Shown here: positions 41,201 through 50,695 of the stretch, piece after piece
Position numbering within the stretch: position 1 is the stretch's first letter
Layout of the letters: the number at the start of each line of letters is the position of its first letter
Source of the DNA: an uncultured Gemmatimonadales bacterium
GTDB taxonomy: Bacteria > Gemmatimonadota > Gemmatimonadetes > Longimicrobiales > RSA9
DNA length: 64,000 nucleotides
Assembly (NCBI GenBank): GCA_963798085.1
Contig: CAWCRS010000001.1
Location: 1-64,000, forward strand
Direction of reading: 5' to 3'
The notes under the pieces: generated by a model
Seen by the model: only the letters and a program-made list of their open reading frames with translations
What the model was told of the DNA's origin: nothing
Databases searched by the model: none
Program-made: the position numbers and the translations under genes

Positions 41201-41446
41201 TGCGCTGGCGGCGTAATACGTGGTTGGATCGCCCGCAATGCCCTGCACGCGGCTGACCCGCCCGCCCTGGAACGGGCCGACCAGCCGGTACTGGAGACTG
41301 TCGAAGGCGACCGGCTGTCGCGGGAGTGCGGCGGGCACCGTTGGCTGTGCCGCCGGTTTCGCTGGCCCTTTCTTTTGTGCGTCGACGCGGCCCGGGATGA
41401 AGAGGACCAGGAGAGAGATGGCGACAGTGGCAAGACGCGTCTTCAT
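38246..41446 (-). CDS. secreted VPS10/sortilin-like BNR-repeat glycosyl-hydrolase-like protein
   Basis: Signal peptide, GPFQGGR, many SxDGGxTW Asp-boxes, YRFQWTAPI, LATHGRG, PGTYTLRL, coiled-coil tail. Confidence 0.9.
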   Translation of the reverse strand: MKTRLATVAISLLVLFIPGRVDAQKKGPAKPAAQPTVPAALPRQPVAFDSLQYRLVGPFQGGRVSRVQGIAGDPTTYYAASASGGVWRSQDGGLTWKPIFDDQPISSIGAIAVAPSDPNVIYVGSGEANIRGNVAAGNGIYRSLDAGKTWTHVWTQEGQIGRIVVHPRDANTAFAAVLGHAFGPNPERGVYRTIDGGRTWQQVLEKDPDTGAADVALDPSNPNIVFATLWQTRRRPWELVDGGPGSGLWMSRDAGDTWTQLTGKGLPAGVWGRSGVAVAPSDGRRVYAIIEADSGGLFRSDDGGDSWNRISPSHLLTQRTWYYASLTVNPQNADEVWFPQVPLVHTIDGGRTLTIVKEAPHGDNHDAWIDPDNPRRIIVGHDGGVSISVDGGESWYWPPMPLGQLYHVATDSRVPYDVQGAQQDIGTAQGPSNSLKGGGITAGDWHDVGGGEAGFVVSRTDDPNIVFAGEYLGIITRWDGQTGSARNISAWPENPSGHGDIDAKYRFQWTAPIAASPHDPNVIYHAANVLFRTRDGGQTWQAISPDLTRNDKSKQKWSGGPINGDNTGVEYYGTIFAVAESPLQAGLIWAGSDDGLVHITRDGGGTWTDVTKAMPGFPEWGTVSLIEASPFDAGTAYIVVDAHRLDDMHPWLYRTTDYGKSFTRLDGGLPQDVYLHALRADPTRRGILYLGTERGVMYSADEGRTWRPLKLNLPTVAVHDLVVKDNDLVLATHGRGIWILDDLTPVRMWSDSLAANDMFLFPPQPAIEWRLAGGTGEKPAGDNPPAGAIVNYWLKSKPAGEVTLEVLDAQGSVVRRLSSVAKPKDGHSEDEEEPKPDLKTDSARIQRAVWDLRLEGAQRIHNAMIDTGDPAVGPWAPPGTYTLRLTVAGTSMTAQLVVRADPRVSASDADRAAQQALGRELKAALDQLADAVAQVKDIRQQLRDRSAAVKDRADAAPLRARADTLIARLDSLEKRMHNPDATVTYDILAKGSQLYSRLTPLYNWVTDGDGAPTQGMRQVWVEQQQELQVDLAQLQTLITTDLASINALAQRLGVPFVVTKAGRPIS

Positions 41447-41906
41447 GGAGGCCTCGGTTACATGGATGCGCAGATCGTTCGTGCAGGCACTGCTGCTGCG
41501 TATTCGCAGATGCGTTCCTGCGACGACGCAAGTCGGTGTCCGCGCGCGCGTCAGTCGACAGGCGCGCCGCCCGCGCGCGACGGCGCCGGATTCCCCGTTT
41601 TCGAGATACAGCGCACGACGCGGTTCCGAAAGCGGAAGGGCTCAGTGGCAGTGGCCTCGACAGTGACGCCAGGAGCCGCAGCAGCCGTCTCCGCCTTGCA
41701 CCGGACGGGCCACGGAATCAGCGCGCAGTCAGCACAATGCACTGCCCGCGAGTGCGCGGCCACAGCAGGCTGGCCGGAGCCCGGGCACCTGGCACCCGCG
41801 ATCGAGCCTCCGCACAACGCCGTCGGAGCTGCTCGGTGAAGCCCTCACAGCGGCCCACGCATCACCGTCCGCATCGGTTGTGCCCGCACGGTTTCGTCGC
41901 ATCTTT

Positions 41907-41927
41907 TCCACTCACCGGGTGAGTGGA
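41907..41927. promoter_or_regulatory. putative PadR operator TCCACTCACC-G-GGTGAGTGGA
   Basis: Perfect 10-bp inverted repeat overlapping the RBS, 3 bp before the padR ATG. Confidence 0.68.
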
Positions 41928-41930
41928 GAG

Positions 41931-42262
41931 ATGAAAACGACACCTTCCGAATTGCTGCTGAGCACGGTCGATGTCCTGATCCTGCGGGCGCTGGCGGCGG
42001 AATCAATGCACGGGTATGCGATCTCGCGCTGGCTGGACCAGCGCAGCGGGGGTGCGCTCGCCGTGGATGGCCGGCGTTGTACCAGGCGCTGCATCGTCTC
42101 GAGCAGCGCAAGCTGGTCGTCGCGTCGTGGGGGCTCTCCGAGAACAACCGGCGCGCCGGGTTCTATGAGCTGACGCCGGAGGGCCGCAGGCGGCTCCGTT
42201 CGGAGTCCGCTGTCTGGCAGCGCTACGCGGACGCGGTGACGCGCGTGCTGAGTCCGGCTTGA
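41931..42262 (+). CDS. padR: acidobacterial-type PadR regulator (frameshift near 42072)
   Basis: ELLLSTVDVLILRAL…MHGYAI, then shifted frame LYQALHRLE…WGLSENNRRAGFYELT. Confidence 0.88.
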
Positions 42263-42270
42263 GAACTTGG

Positions 42271-42455
42271 ATGGCATCGAGGCGACCCAGGCTGTTCCGA
42301 TTCCCGGGGCGCTCGCGCGACGCGATCGCGCGTGATGTCGACGCCGAGCTGCAGTTCCACATCGACGCGCGGACAGCGGACCTTTTCGCGGAAGGCTCGA
42401 GTCCCGAGGCGGCGCAGCTGCAGGCGAGGGAGGAGTTTGGCGACATCGAGTCCGC
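42271..42455 (+). pseudogene. truncated ADOP permease (permease-prefix domain only)
   Basis: ARDVDAELQFHIDART…AREEFGDIES, then similarity to ADOP proteins ends abruptly. Confidence 0.75.
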
Positions 42456-42469
42456 TTCCCCGAAAGAAG

Positions 42470-42820
42470 TATGGGAGGACTGGTTGACGGAGAGACGCAG
42501 GCCAGCCACCGGCTGCGGTATTCTCCCGTTACTGACGGCCGGCGACCCGGTCGTGGCTGGCCGAATCGAAGAACCCGGAATGGGAGACGACGTCGTCGCC
42601 ATGATTCATCACCATCACAAGATCACGCGGTATGCGACCGGCGCGGACAATGCAGTCGAGCGCTCCCGCGAAGCGGACTGGATCGATGTGACGAGGGCGT
42701 CATGTCGTTCGGTCTGCCGCGCGCCTTCCCGCGTGAAGGGTTCGCGGCCTTCCCCGATGCCGGCTTCCACAGGCAGGTGGTGCAGCTGACTTTTCAAGGC
42801 TGCTGCGCCACCTGCTGAAT
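42470..42820 (+). pseudogene. decayed fragment of an HD/phosphohydrolase-like protein
   Basis: VVAMIHHHHKITRY…EADWIDVT, then shifted frame GVMSFGLPR…AFPDAGFHR; the 5' part is scrambled. Confidence 0.5.
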
Positions 42821-42882
42821 CCACTGCCCATGTTCCGCTTCTGATGCCTGGCTGCGCTGACCTGCGGTGTTGTAGGACGGAG

Positions 42883-43858
42883 TCAGCGCTGCCACAGCGC
42901 GGACGCCGGGTCGATGCGGGCCGCGCGCCAGCTGGGCAGGCCAGACGCGGCAACGCCCGCGCCGAGCAGCAGCACACTCACGGCAGCCAGTGACAGCACA
43001 TCCGTCGGACTCACGCCGAACAGCATGAAGCGCAGCAGTCGCGTGAGCAGCAGTGCGCCGGCCAGCCCGATGCCGGTGCCCGCCACCATGAGTGCCGTGC
43101 CCTGGCGCATGACGAGGCGGATCACGGACCAGCGATTGGCGCCCAGCGCGATGCGCAGGCCGATCTCCGGTACGCGCTGCACCGCACTGTATGCGACGAC
43201 GCCGTACACACCGCGGACCAAACGGCTGATCGGACCAGCCCGCATTCGCCCACAGCTCGACACTGCCGCGCAGCGTCTGGCCCGGGTGCCAGAAGTCCGC
43301 CGGCATGACGCCAATGATGGTGAACAGATCTTCGTCGATCCTGATCTTGCGACCGATCACGGCGGGATCGCCGCCGAAGCGCCGCTTCCACAGTGCATCG
43401 CTGATCACGGCAGTCAGGCCAATGCCCGGCACGTAGTCGCTCGGCTGGAACGTGCGTCCGATTTCCGCCCTGGCGCCCAGCAGGTCGAAGTAGTTGATGT
43501 CGACGAGCAGCGCCTCGACACGCTCCGGCTCGTTGCCGCCCGTCAGGTTCGCGTCGATCGGGTACACACCGCTGATGCCCGAGAACAGTCCGGGATCGTC
43601 GCGCATGTCGAACAGCTCGAGTGGCGCGAGGCCGGCATCGCGAATCCCAATGCCCGGCATGTCGGCCGTCACGCGCACCAGCGTGCTCTCGTCGCGCACC
43701 GGGAACGGGCGCAGCAGCACGCCATTGATCACCGAGAAGATCGCGCTGTTCGCGCCGATGCCGATGGCCAGGGTGCCTATGCCCAGCAGCGCGAAGCCGG
43801 GGCTCTTCCAGAACGCACGCAGCGCGGCGCGCAGATCCATCGGCAGCAGACGAATCAC
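42883..43858 (-). pseudogene. internally deleted ADOP permease
   Basis: MDLRAALRAF…TLAIGIGANSAIFSV…IIGVMP joins out of frame near 43213 directly to the last FtsX segment GVYGVVAYS…EIGLRIALGA…RAARIDP. Roughly 1.4 kb is missing relative to the paralogues in this window. Confidence 0.8.
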
Positions 43859-44084
43859 GTGAGTCTCCTGGCTCGGGGACATTGCACGGTGCAAATGGAA
43901 GTTGTGGGGCGGCTGCGTCGCAACTTCCGGCCGCGACAATGCGGGATTCCCCTTCGTGCCACCAAGCGCAGGGGGCCCGGGTGGCGTCCGGTGCGGGCCG
44001 AGTGGTGCTCCGTGCGGGGCGAGCGGTTCCCCAGGACAGGCGCCCTGGGCGGGGCGAGGTTCCGGGAAGCCTGCTAACGGCCTG

Positions 44085-44360
44085 TCATGGATCGTTGCGC
44101 GCCACAGCCGCGCGCAGGCGTTCGCGCAGACGCTGCTCTACGTCGGCATCGAGCGCGTCCGCTTCCCGCAGCGAGGCGCGGAACGTGCGCATGATGTCGG
44201 CGAACTCGCCGCCGAAGCGCTCGCACCAGTCGCAGCCGCGGACGTGCGCCTCGAGCTGCTGCACGCGTGCCGCCGACAGCTCGCCGTCGACGTACGAGGA
44301 CAGTGCTGCCAGCACCTCGCGGCAGCGCACGCCCGCCACCAGCCGATCCAGCTCAGGCAT
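44085..44360 (-). CDS. zf-HC2 zinc-binding anti-sigma factor
   Basis: CREV…LSSYVDGEL…EAHVRGCDWC (HxxxCxxC); overlaps the sigma gene stop. Confidence 0.9.
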   Translation of the reverse strand: MPELDRLVAGVRCREVLAALSSYVDGELSAARVQQLEAHVRGCDWCERFGGEFADIMRTFRASLREADALDADVEQRLRERLRAAVARNDP

Positions 44361-44925
44361 ACTCCCTTTCCTTGCGGACTTCCGCGGCCAGCCGCAGTCG
44401 CGCCCGATGCAGCCGGCTCTTCATGGCCGCGACGGTCAGGCCGAGCATCGCGGCGACGCTCGCGCCGTCCAGCTCTTCCAGTTCGCGCAGCACGAGGATC
44501 TCGCGGTCTGATGCGGGCAGCCGTGCCAGTGCTGCCTGCAACGCCTCGCGGCGCAAGGTCGCGGACAGCGCCTGCTCGGGATCTTCCGCGCCCCAGCCGG
44601 CATCGAGGCCCAGATCATCGAGCGACACGAAATCGGCGGGCTCGCCGGCGCGGCGACGGCGGGCGTGGCGCGCCGCGTTGCGCGCAATGCCGAGGATCCA
44701 CGCGCGCGGCGGCGCATCACCCCGGTAGTTCGCGCTACTGCGCCAGGCGGCGACGAACGTCTCCTGCAGCGCATCTTCCGCGTCCGCCGCATCCGCCGTG
44801 GATGCACGGAGGAAGCGGAAGACCGCGGCCTGATGCAGCGCGACGAACGCCTCGAACGCACCGCTGTCGCCCGCTGCGCTGCGCCGCAGCAGCTCCACCT
44901 CGCCGGTATGACCCGTGTCCGCCAT
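44353..44925 (-). CDS. ECF RNA polymerase sigma factor
   Basis: DAEDALQETF, WILGIARN, LPASDREILVLRELE, MKSRLHRAR; RBS GGAGG. Confidence 0.93.
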   Translation of the reverse strand: MADTGHTGEVELLRRSAAGDSGAFEAFVALHQAAVFRFLRASTADAADAEDALQETFVAAWRSSANYRGDAPPRAWILGIARNAARHARRRRAGEPADFVSLDDLGLDAGWGAEDPEQALSATLRREALQAALARLPASDREILVLRELEELDGASVAAMLGLTVAAMKSRLHRARLRLAAEVRKEREYA

Positions 44926-44992
44926 CCTCCGCCAGTGCCGATGGACGCGACCTCGCCTGCCGCGACGGCGAGATCGCCCGTCCTGATAACAG

Positions 44993-45077
44993 GTGCCGGA
45001 ACAACCGCTGCAGGATTCACGGCGCCGGAAACGGGAAGAGCATCGTCGCCTGAATCCCGGACGCGTGCATCCGGCAC
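44993..45077. promoter_or_regulatory. back-to-back copies of TGAATCC-N12-TCCGGCAC (putative cognate ECF promoters)
   Basis: Minus-strand copy 45019-44993 points to the sigma gene; plus-strand copy 45051-45077 points to DUF2892; identical blocks and spacing. Confidence 0.75.
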
Positions 45078-45134
45078 ATACTCCGGGAACCAGGAAGTAA
45101 TGGCAAGTTCAACGACCGTCCGGGGAGCACGACA

Positions 45135-45341
45135 ATGTCAGGCTTTTTCGCCAGGAATGTGGGCGGCGCCGATCGCATGATCCGCGTACTGCTGGGTGTG
45201 GGCGTCCTGTCGCTCTTCTTCATCGGGCCGCAGTCGCCCTGGGCTCTGCTCGGGCTGGTGCCGCTCGTCACGGGGCTGGTGGGCACCTGCCCGCTGTACT
45301 CGCTGCTGCGCATCCGCACGACGCCAGTCGTCACGCACTGA
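45135..45341 (+). CDS. DUF2892 (YgaP-like) small membrane protein
   Basis: NVGGADRMIR…GLVPLVTGLVGTCPLYSLL signature. Confidence 0.92.
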   Translation: MSGFFARNVGGADRMIRVLLGVGVLSLFFIGPQSPWALLGLVPLVTGLVGTCPLYSLLRIRTTPVVTH

Positions 45342-45368
45342 GTGCGCACTGCGTGTCGGCGGGAATTG

Positions 45369-45402
45369 AACGAGGGGCGACACGCTGGCGTCGCCCCTCG
45401 TT
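45369..45402. terminator. hairpin between convergent genes
   Basis: 13-bp perfect stem AACGAGGGGCGAC / GTCGCCCCTCGTT. Confidence 0.65.
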
Positions 45403-45443
45403 GCGTCGCGGTCCTGACTTTCTGTCAGGCTACCTGCCCGCCG

Positions 45444-45734
45444 CTAGATCATGGAGAGTAGTTTCGTGAAGCCATCGGCGTCCCACGCCCGCATCGTGGT
45501 GCTGCGCACGTTGCCGAGTGCCGCGGTGGACAGCGCGAACGCGGCCGCCGCGTCCTCGTTGCCAGCTTCGGAGATGATGACCAGGTCGTACGGTCCCTGT
45601 GTGTAGTACGCGCTGAGCACTTTCATGCCCGCGGCTTGGGCGCTCTGGATGCCGGCCTTCAGACGCTCGGGCGACTGCTTGATGGCGCGCATGCCCTGGT
45701 CCGTGAAGTTGTACAGCGTGACGTACACTGCCAT
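45444..45734 (-). CDS. GYD domain protein
   Basis: MAVYVTLYNFTDQG…YYTQGPYDLV…GNVRSTTMRA; RBS AGGAGG. Confidence 0.9.
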   Translation of the reverse strand: MAVYVTLYNFTDQGMRAIKQSPERLKAGIQSAQAAGMKVLSAYYTQGPYDLVIISEAGNEDAAAAFALSTAALGNVRSTTMRAWDADGFTKLLSMI

Positions 45735-45878
45735 GAAGGAGCCTCCTGTCTGGGGAGAAACAGGGTGAAAGCGAACGGTAGGCCTCCCGGCTGGCGGCGG
45801 CAAGGGGCGGCCCCACCGGGCACCGCCCCTGTGACTTTTCGCCCGATAACACAATGTCATCAGGCGACGCGCATGGCA

Positions 45879-48800
45879 TCAGTTGCGATGGCCGCTCCCG
45901 TCGCTCACGACCGGCTGCGCGCGATTCGGATAGGGCGGCCGCTTCGGCCTGACCGGAGGATGCTCCTTCAGTTCCTTGAGCACCTCTCTGATGCCCGCCT
46001 CGAGCTGCGGATCGATGCCCTTCGCCAGCTGCGCCGGATCATCCTCGACCTCAATGTCGGGGTCGACGCCGTGGCCCTCGATGATCCACTTGCCATCGGT
46101 GCTGTAGATGGAGAAGCTGGGCGCGGTGACGCCGCCGCCGTCAATGAGCGACGGCTGACCCGAGTAACCGATGAGCCCGCCCCAGGTGCGCTTGCCGATG
46201 AGCGGCCCCACGCCGGCCTGCTTGAACAGGAACGGGAACATGTCGCCGCCGGAGCCGCTCCAGCTGTTGATGAGCATGACCTTGGGGCCCTGCTGTACAC
46301 CCAGCGGCCAGGACCAGTCAATGCCGTCGCGCACGGCCCAGTAGTTCGAGCGCGGGCGGTTCAGCAGCTCGACGAAGCGATCCGGAATCTGGCCGCCGTT
46401 GTTGAAGCGCTCGTCAATGATCAGCGCATCCTTGTCGGTCTGCCCGAAGTACTGGCGCACCAGCTCGGTCTGACCGTCAATGCCCGTGCTGGGCACGAAA
46501 ATGTACCCCACGCGGCCCTGCGTCGCCGAGTCCACGCGCAGGCGGTTGTGGTTGATCCAGGCCAGATTGCGCAGCCGGTACTCACTGGCCAGCGGCGTGA
46601 CTAACACGGTGTGAGATCCCTGCAGCGTGGGGCGGTCGTTGACGGTCAGCGATACGGTCTTGCCGGCCATGCCCTGGAAGGCCGCGTACGGGTCCTGTTT
46701 CACGTCCAGCGGCGTGCCATCCACGGCCAGAATGTAATCCCCTTCCTTCACCTTGATGCCGGGCCGGGCCAGCGGCGAACGCACTTCGCTGTCCCAGGGT
46801 GCGCCGTCGACAATGTGCCTGATGCGGTAGGCGCCATTTTCCAGGGCGAAGTCCGCGCCCAGCAGGCCCACACTGCGCTGTTTCGGCTGGTCGACATCGC
46901 CGCCGCCCTTGTAGGTGTGCGATGAATTCAGCTCGCCGAGCAGCTCGCCGATCACGTAGTTCACGTCATCACGCGTGCGGGCATCCTCGAGCATCCCGCC
47001 ATACCGCTGGCGCATTGCGTTCCAGTCCACGCCGTGCATCTCCGGGTCATAGAAGTAGTCCCGCTCGATGCGCCAGGCGTCATTGAAGATCTGCTTCCAT
47101 TCGGCGCGCGGGTCGACCGTCATCTCGAGTGACGCCGTCGCCAGCGGCTTGTCCAGCTTCTGCTCCGGCTTGATGTCGAGGATGGCGTATTTCGGCCCCT
47201 TCGCCACCAGCAGCTTCTGGCCATTCGCGGAGACCGTGAACGCGTCCGCATCCGCCACGACCGTCTTCTCCTCGCGTTCCTTCAGGTCCCAGTACACGAG
47301 CGCGTTCTTCGTGTCGCTGGCGCCGGTGCGCGGCTGGCGCAGCACCAGCAGCTTGCCGGGCACAGCAAGCAGGCCGGCGTAATTGCCCGGCTCGAGCGGC
47401 AGGATCACGGTGCGGCGTTCCATGTTGTCGAAGTCGATGTTCACGGCCTTCGGCGCAGGCGACGCTGCCGCTGCCGTCTTCGTGCTGTCCGCCGGCGCCT
47501 TCCCTTTCGCCGTGTCCGCGGCGGCCTCTTCGTCGTTGCGCGGCGCCAGCGGCGAGTCGACATCGGTGCGCAGCGGCAGCGCCGCGACTACCGTCGAGTT
47601 AGGATAGATCCAGGTATTGTCCACGTCGCTGTAGACGGGATTGAAGGAGCGGCCCGTGAGGAAATAGAGGTAATTGCCCTCGGGATCGAAGATGGGCTCG
47701 CGCGCGCCGTAGAAGCCGCGCGTCACCTGCTGCGACCTTGCGGTCTGTGTGTCGTAGATGAAGATGGCGGTGGCCGGCTGCTCCAGGTCACGTGCGTACG
47801 ACAGCCAGCGGCTGTCCGCGGACCAGCTCGCCTTGAACGCCTGCAGATTGCCCTCGTAGAAGTAGTTCGCGTGGTCGATCACCTTGTCCGTGCCGCTCGC
47901 GACGTCGACCGTGTGGATGCGCATCGCCTGATCAATGAACGCGACCCGCCTGCTGTCCGGCGACCAGTAGATGTGATAGCGGAAGCCCGGCCCCAGCTTC
48001 GTTACCGTGCGCGGCTCGCCTGTGCCATCCGCGTTTTCCAGAGTCAGCTCGTACTCACCCGTGCGATCGCTGAAGTACGCCACCGACTTGCCATCCGGCG
48101 ACCATGCCGGGAAGCGCTCGGCGGAGCCGGAGCTGTGTGTGAGATCGAGCGTGACGCCATTCTCCGCGGGCAGCGAGAACACATCGCCCCTCGCCTCGAT
48201 CAGCGCGCGCTTGCCTGTGGGCGAAATGTCTCCACCGACAATGAGCGACGCCACGTTCCCGGTGTGCGGGCGCAGTGAAGCCAGGTCGGTAACGACCGTG
48301 ACATCGACGGTCTGCAGCTTCTCCGTTGCCAGGTCCATCAGCCACAGCCTGTCGCCGTTCTCGAACACGATGTCCTGCGGGCCAATGGCCGGGAAGTGCG
48401 TGTCGTAATCCTTGAACGTGGTGACCTGGCGCATGCGGCTGCTGCGCATGTCCATGGCCCAGAGGTTCCAGCGCTGTTCCGGCCCGCGGTCGGAGAGGAA
48501 GTACAGCGTGTCGCCGCGCCACATCGGCTGACTGTAGTTGGCCTGATCATCGACCAGCTTGCGGGCCGTGTTCTTCTGCAGGTCGTAGAGCCACAGTTTG
48601 GGCGCGAGGCCGCCGCGGTAGCGTTTCCAGGTGCGGAAGTCGCGCGTGGCCGGCGTGTAGACGATCTGCTGCCCGTCCCGTGAGAGCGCCCCGAACTCGC
48701 CGTAGGGCATGGGCAGCTGCACCGCCAGCCCGCCGTCCTTCCCCACGCGGAACAGCTTGTTATAGCGATCCTTCTCGCTGGTCATGCTGGATGCGAACAG

Positions 48801-49163
48801 CAGCTGCCTGCCATCCGGATACCAGTCCAGCAGCCGATCCGGGTCGGGATGGTGCGTGATGCGCTCGGGCTCACCGCCCGTGACCGGCATCACATACACA
48901 TCCTGGTTGCCATCATAATCGCCCGTGAAGGCGATGGACTGGCCGTCCGGCGAAAAGCGCGGAAAAGTCTCTTCACCCGGCGGCGAACTCAGGCGCTGTG
49001 CATTGCCGCCGGTCTTCGGTACGATCCAGACATCGCCCGCATAGACGAACACAATGCTGGTGGCGGAGACATCGGGCTGCCGCAGCATGCTTGCATGAAT
49101 TTGCGCGGCGGCTGGCCGGGCCAGGCTCAGGCAGAGTGCGGGGAGAAGCAGTCGAGCACGCAT
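45879..49163 (-). CDS. tricorn-like S41 family peptidase
   Basis: PD40 propellers, EWKQIFNDAWR, ELNSSH, PDZ, IIDERFNNGG, GSGGD, GKRTWGG, IEGHGVDPD. Confidence 0.95.
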   Translation of the reverse strand: MRARLLLPALCLSLARPAAAQIHASMLRQPDVSATSIVFVYAGDVWIVPKTGGNAQRLSSPPGEETFPRFSPDGQSIAFTGDYDGNQDVYVMPVTGGEPERITHHPDPDRLLDWYPDGRQLLFASSMTSEKDRYNKLFRVGKDGGLAVQLPMPYGEFGALSRDGQQIVYTPATRDFRTWKRYRGGLAPKLWLYDLQKNTARKLVDDQANYSQPMWRGDTLYFLSDRGPEQRWNLWAMDMRSSRMRQVTTFKDYDTHFPAIGPQDIVFENGDRLWLMDLATEKLQTVDVTVVTDLASLRPHTGNVASLIVGGDISPTGKRALIEARGDVFSLPAENGVTLDLTHSSGSAERFPAWSPDGKSVAYFSDRTGEYELTLENADGTGEPRTVTKLGPGFRYHIYWSPDSRRVAFIDQAMRIHTVDVASGTDKVIDHANYFYEGNLQAFKASWSADSRWLSYARDLEQPATAIFIYDTQTARSQQVTRGFYGAREPIFDPEGNYLYFLTGRSFNPVYSDVDNTWIYPNSTVVAALPLRTDVDSPLAPRNDEEAAADTAKGKAPADSTKTAAAASPAPKAVNIDFDNMERRTVILPLEPGNYAGLLAVPGKLLVLRQPRTGASDTKNALVYWDLKEREEKTVVADADAFTVSANGQKLLVAKGPKYAILDIKPEQKLDKPLATASLEMTVDPRAEWKQIFNDAWRIERDYFYDPEMHGVDWNAMRQRYGGMLEDARTRDDVNYVIGELLGELNSSHTYKGGGDVDQPKQRSVGLLGADFALENGAYRIRHIVDGAPWDSEVRSPLARPGIKVKEGDYILAVDGTPLDVKQDPYAAFQGMAGKTVSLTVNDRPTLQGSHTVLVTPLASEYRLRNLAWINHNRLRVDSATQGRVGYIFVPSTGIDGQTELVRQYFGQTDKDALIIDERFNNGGQIPDRFVELLNRPRSNYWAVRDGIDWSWPLGVQQGPKVMLINSWSGSGGDMFPFLFKQAGVGPLIGKRTWGGLIGYSGQPSLIDGGGVTAPSFSIYSTDGKWIIEGHGVDPDIEVEDDPAQLAKGIDPQLEAGIREVLKELKEHPPVRPKRPPYPNRAQPVVSDGSGHRN

Positions 49164-49317
49164 TGCGACCTCGGGAAGCGGGACACATCCGTCGTGGAAT
49201 CCGGCGAGTCAGCCGGGGCTGCAATATGTCGCTTTTGTAGACAGAGTTCCAACCGTTCCGACACGGCCGGAAATCGGGTCGGCCCCGGCCCGTCGGCGTT
49301 CGTCCACAGCGGTGTTG

Positions 49318-50628
49318 TCACTGCTTCGGCCAGGCGATGTGGAAGCGTTTGATGTACTCGATGTCCAGCGAGTCGCGGGCCACGCCCCATGCCTGGTCGC
49401 CACGCGTCTCGCGCAGCGACACGCCTGCGGGGGGCTCGACGCGGCCGAGGTAGCTGCCATCCGACTCGAATACATCGTACACGGTGGGCTCGAGCCAGGT
49501 GAGACGCATGCCACGATTGTGCGTCGTATCGGCCGGGGGCGGAACGTGCTTCGCTTCCGTGTACAGCAGCACCCAGATGCGACCGTCCGCACCCGTGACG
49601 ATGTCCTCGTAGAAGGGCTTGGTGTCGGGGACACCCGGCCCGTTCCAGTTCCAGCCGGGCTGGGTGTGACGCAGACTCGACGTGACCAGGTCCCGCCGTT
49701 CCTGCGCTTCCTCACTGTGCACGGGCGCGGGTGTTGCCTCTTTCTCGATGCGCAGGCGTCTGCCGCCGGGCAGGAATTCGTCGAGGCGATAGTGGCTGGA
49801 AACGCCTGCCACCACAAAGCCGAGCGGGCTGATCGTCCACGATTCCGTGGGGGTGAACGGCACCCAGGCGGATGCTGACGCGTGCTCGCTCTGCGCCAGC
49901 AGTGCGGCCGGCTGGAAGCCGAAGTCCGGCTCGGCAATGGTGTCGATCACCGCACCCGTGGCCGAGAGGTGCAGCCAGCTGCTGACAAACTGTTTGCCCG
50001 GCGACGCCGCGCGCCCCTGGATCATGAGGTAGACGTGGCCTGCCGTGTCGATCTGGATGCCCTTCTGCGAGAACATGCCGCCCGGCTCGCGCCACGTATC
50101 CAGCACTTCGCCGTCCGGCGAGTAGATGGTGAGTCGGCCGGCGGCCGGGTCCCAGGTATAGAGTCTCCCGTCCGGGCGCGTCACCATACCCGTGATCTGG
50201 CGGTACTCGCCCGGTCCGTCGCCGGCGCGGCCGAACTGTTTCACGAACACACCATTAGCATCGTACTTGCGCAATGCGGGCACCTGCTGGTCCCACGCGT
50301 AGATGGAACCGTCCGGCCCCGCGACCACTTCGAACACATACCCGAACTGATAGACCTCTTCGCCTTCGAGCCTGCCAATGCTCAGCTCTTCCGTGAGCGG
50401 CGCCAGCGCCTGGGCTGCGGGCACATCCGCGTTGTGCACAATGATCGTATCGCCCACCGTGTCGCGGCGGGTTGCGCCGGCGGCGCTGCGCGCGGCATCG
50501 CGGCCGCATGCGGTCGCGGCGATGGCCAGGGACGCCGCCACCAGCAATCCCTCCACCGCCCGCGTGCGCACGGCCGCAGCGCCACGCGGTGCACCGGGGA
50601 GCCTGCGGGAACAGGAAGGATGAAGCAT
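49318..50628 (-). CDS. six-bladed beta-propeller lipoprotein
   Basis: ATAC lipobox, EELSIG, FGRAGDGPGEY, YDVFESDGSYLGRV, RDSLDI; start uncertain. Confidence 0.8.
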   Translation of the reverse strand: MLHPSCSRRLPGAPRGAAAVRTRAVEGLLVAASLAIAATACGRDAARSAAGATRRDTVGDTIIVHNADVPAAQALAPLTEELSIGRLEGEEVYQFGYVFEVVAGPDGSIYAWDQQVPALRKYDANGVFVKQFGRAGDGPGEYRQITGMVTRPDGRLYTWDPAAGRLTIYSPDGEVLDTWREPGGMFSQKGIQIDTAGHVYLMIQGRAASPGKQFVSSWLHLSATGAVIDTIAEPDFGFQPAALLAQSEHASASAWVPFTPTESWTISPLGFVVAGVSSHYRLDEFLPGGRRLRIEKEATPAPVHSEEAQERRDLVTSSLRHTQPGWNWNGPGVPDTKPFYEDIVTGADGRIWVLLYTEAKHVPPPADTTHNRGMRLTWLEPTVYDVFESDGSYLGRVEPPAGVSLRETRGDQAWGVARDSLDIEYIKRFHIAWPKQ

Positions 50629-50695
50629 CGGGACGCATGCCGGAGGTGTCATCGTCGCCTGCAATGAGAGCGTCAGTGCAGAGTCCAGCAGCCTT

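Noticed and set aside
41460..41900. ~480-bp intergenic region examined for an ncRNA, riboswitch or small gene (ORF 41551-41817)
   Set aside because: No tRNA or riboswitch consensus recognised and the ORFs lack motifs or an RBS; it may be a gene remnant but I cannot support a call.
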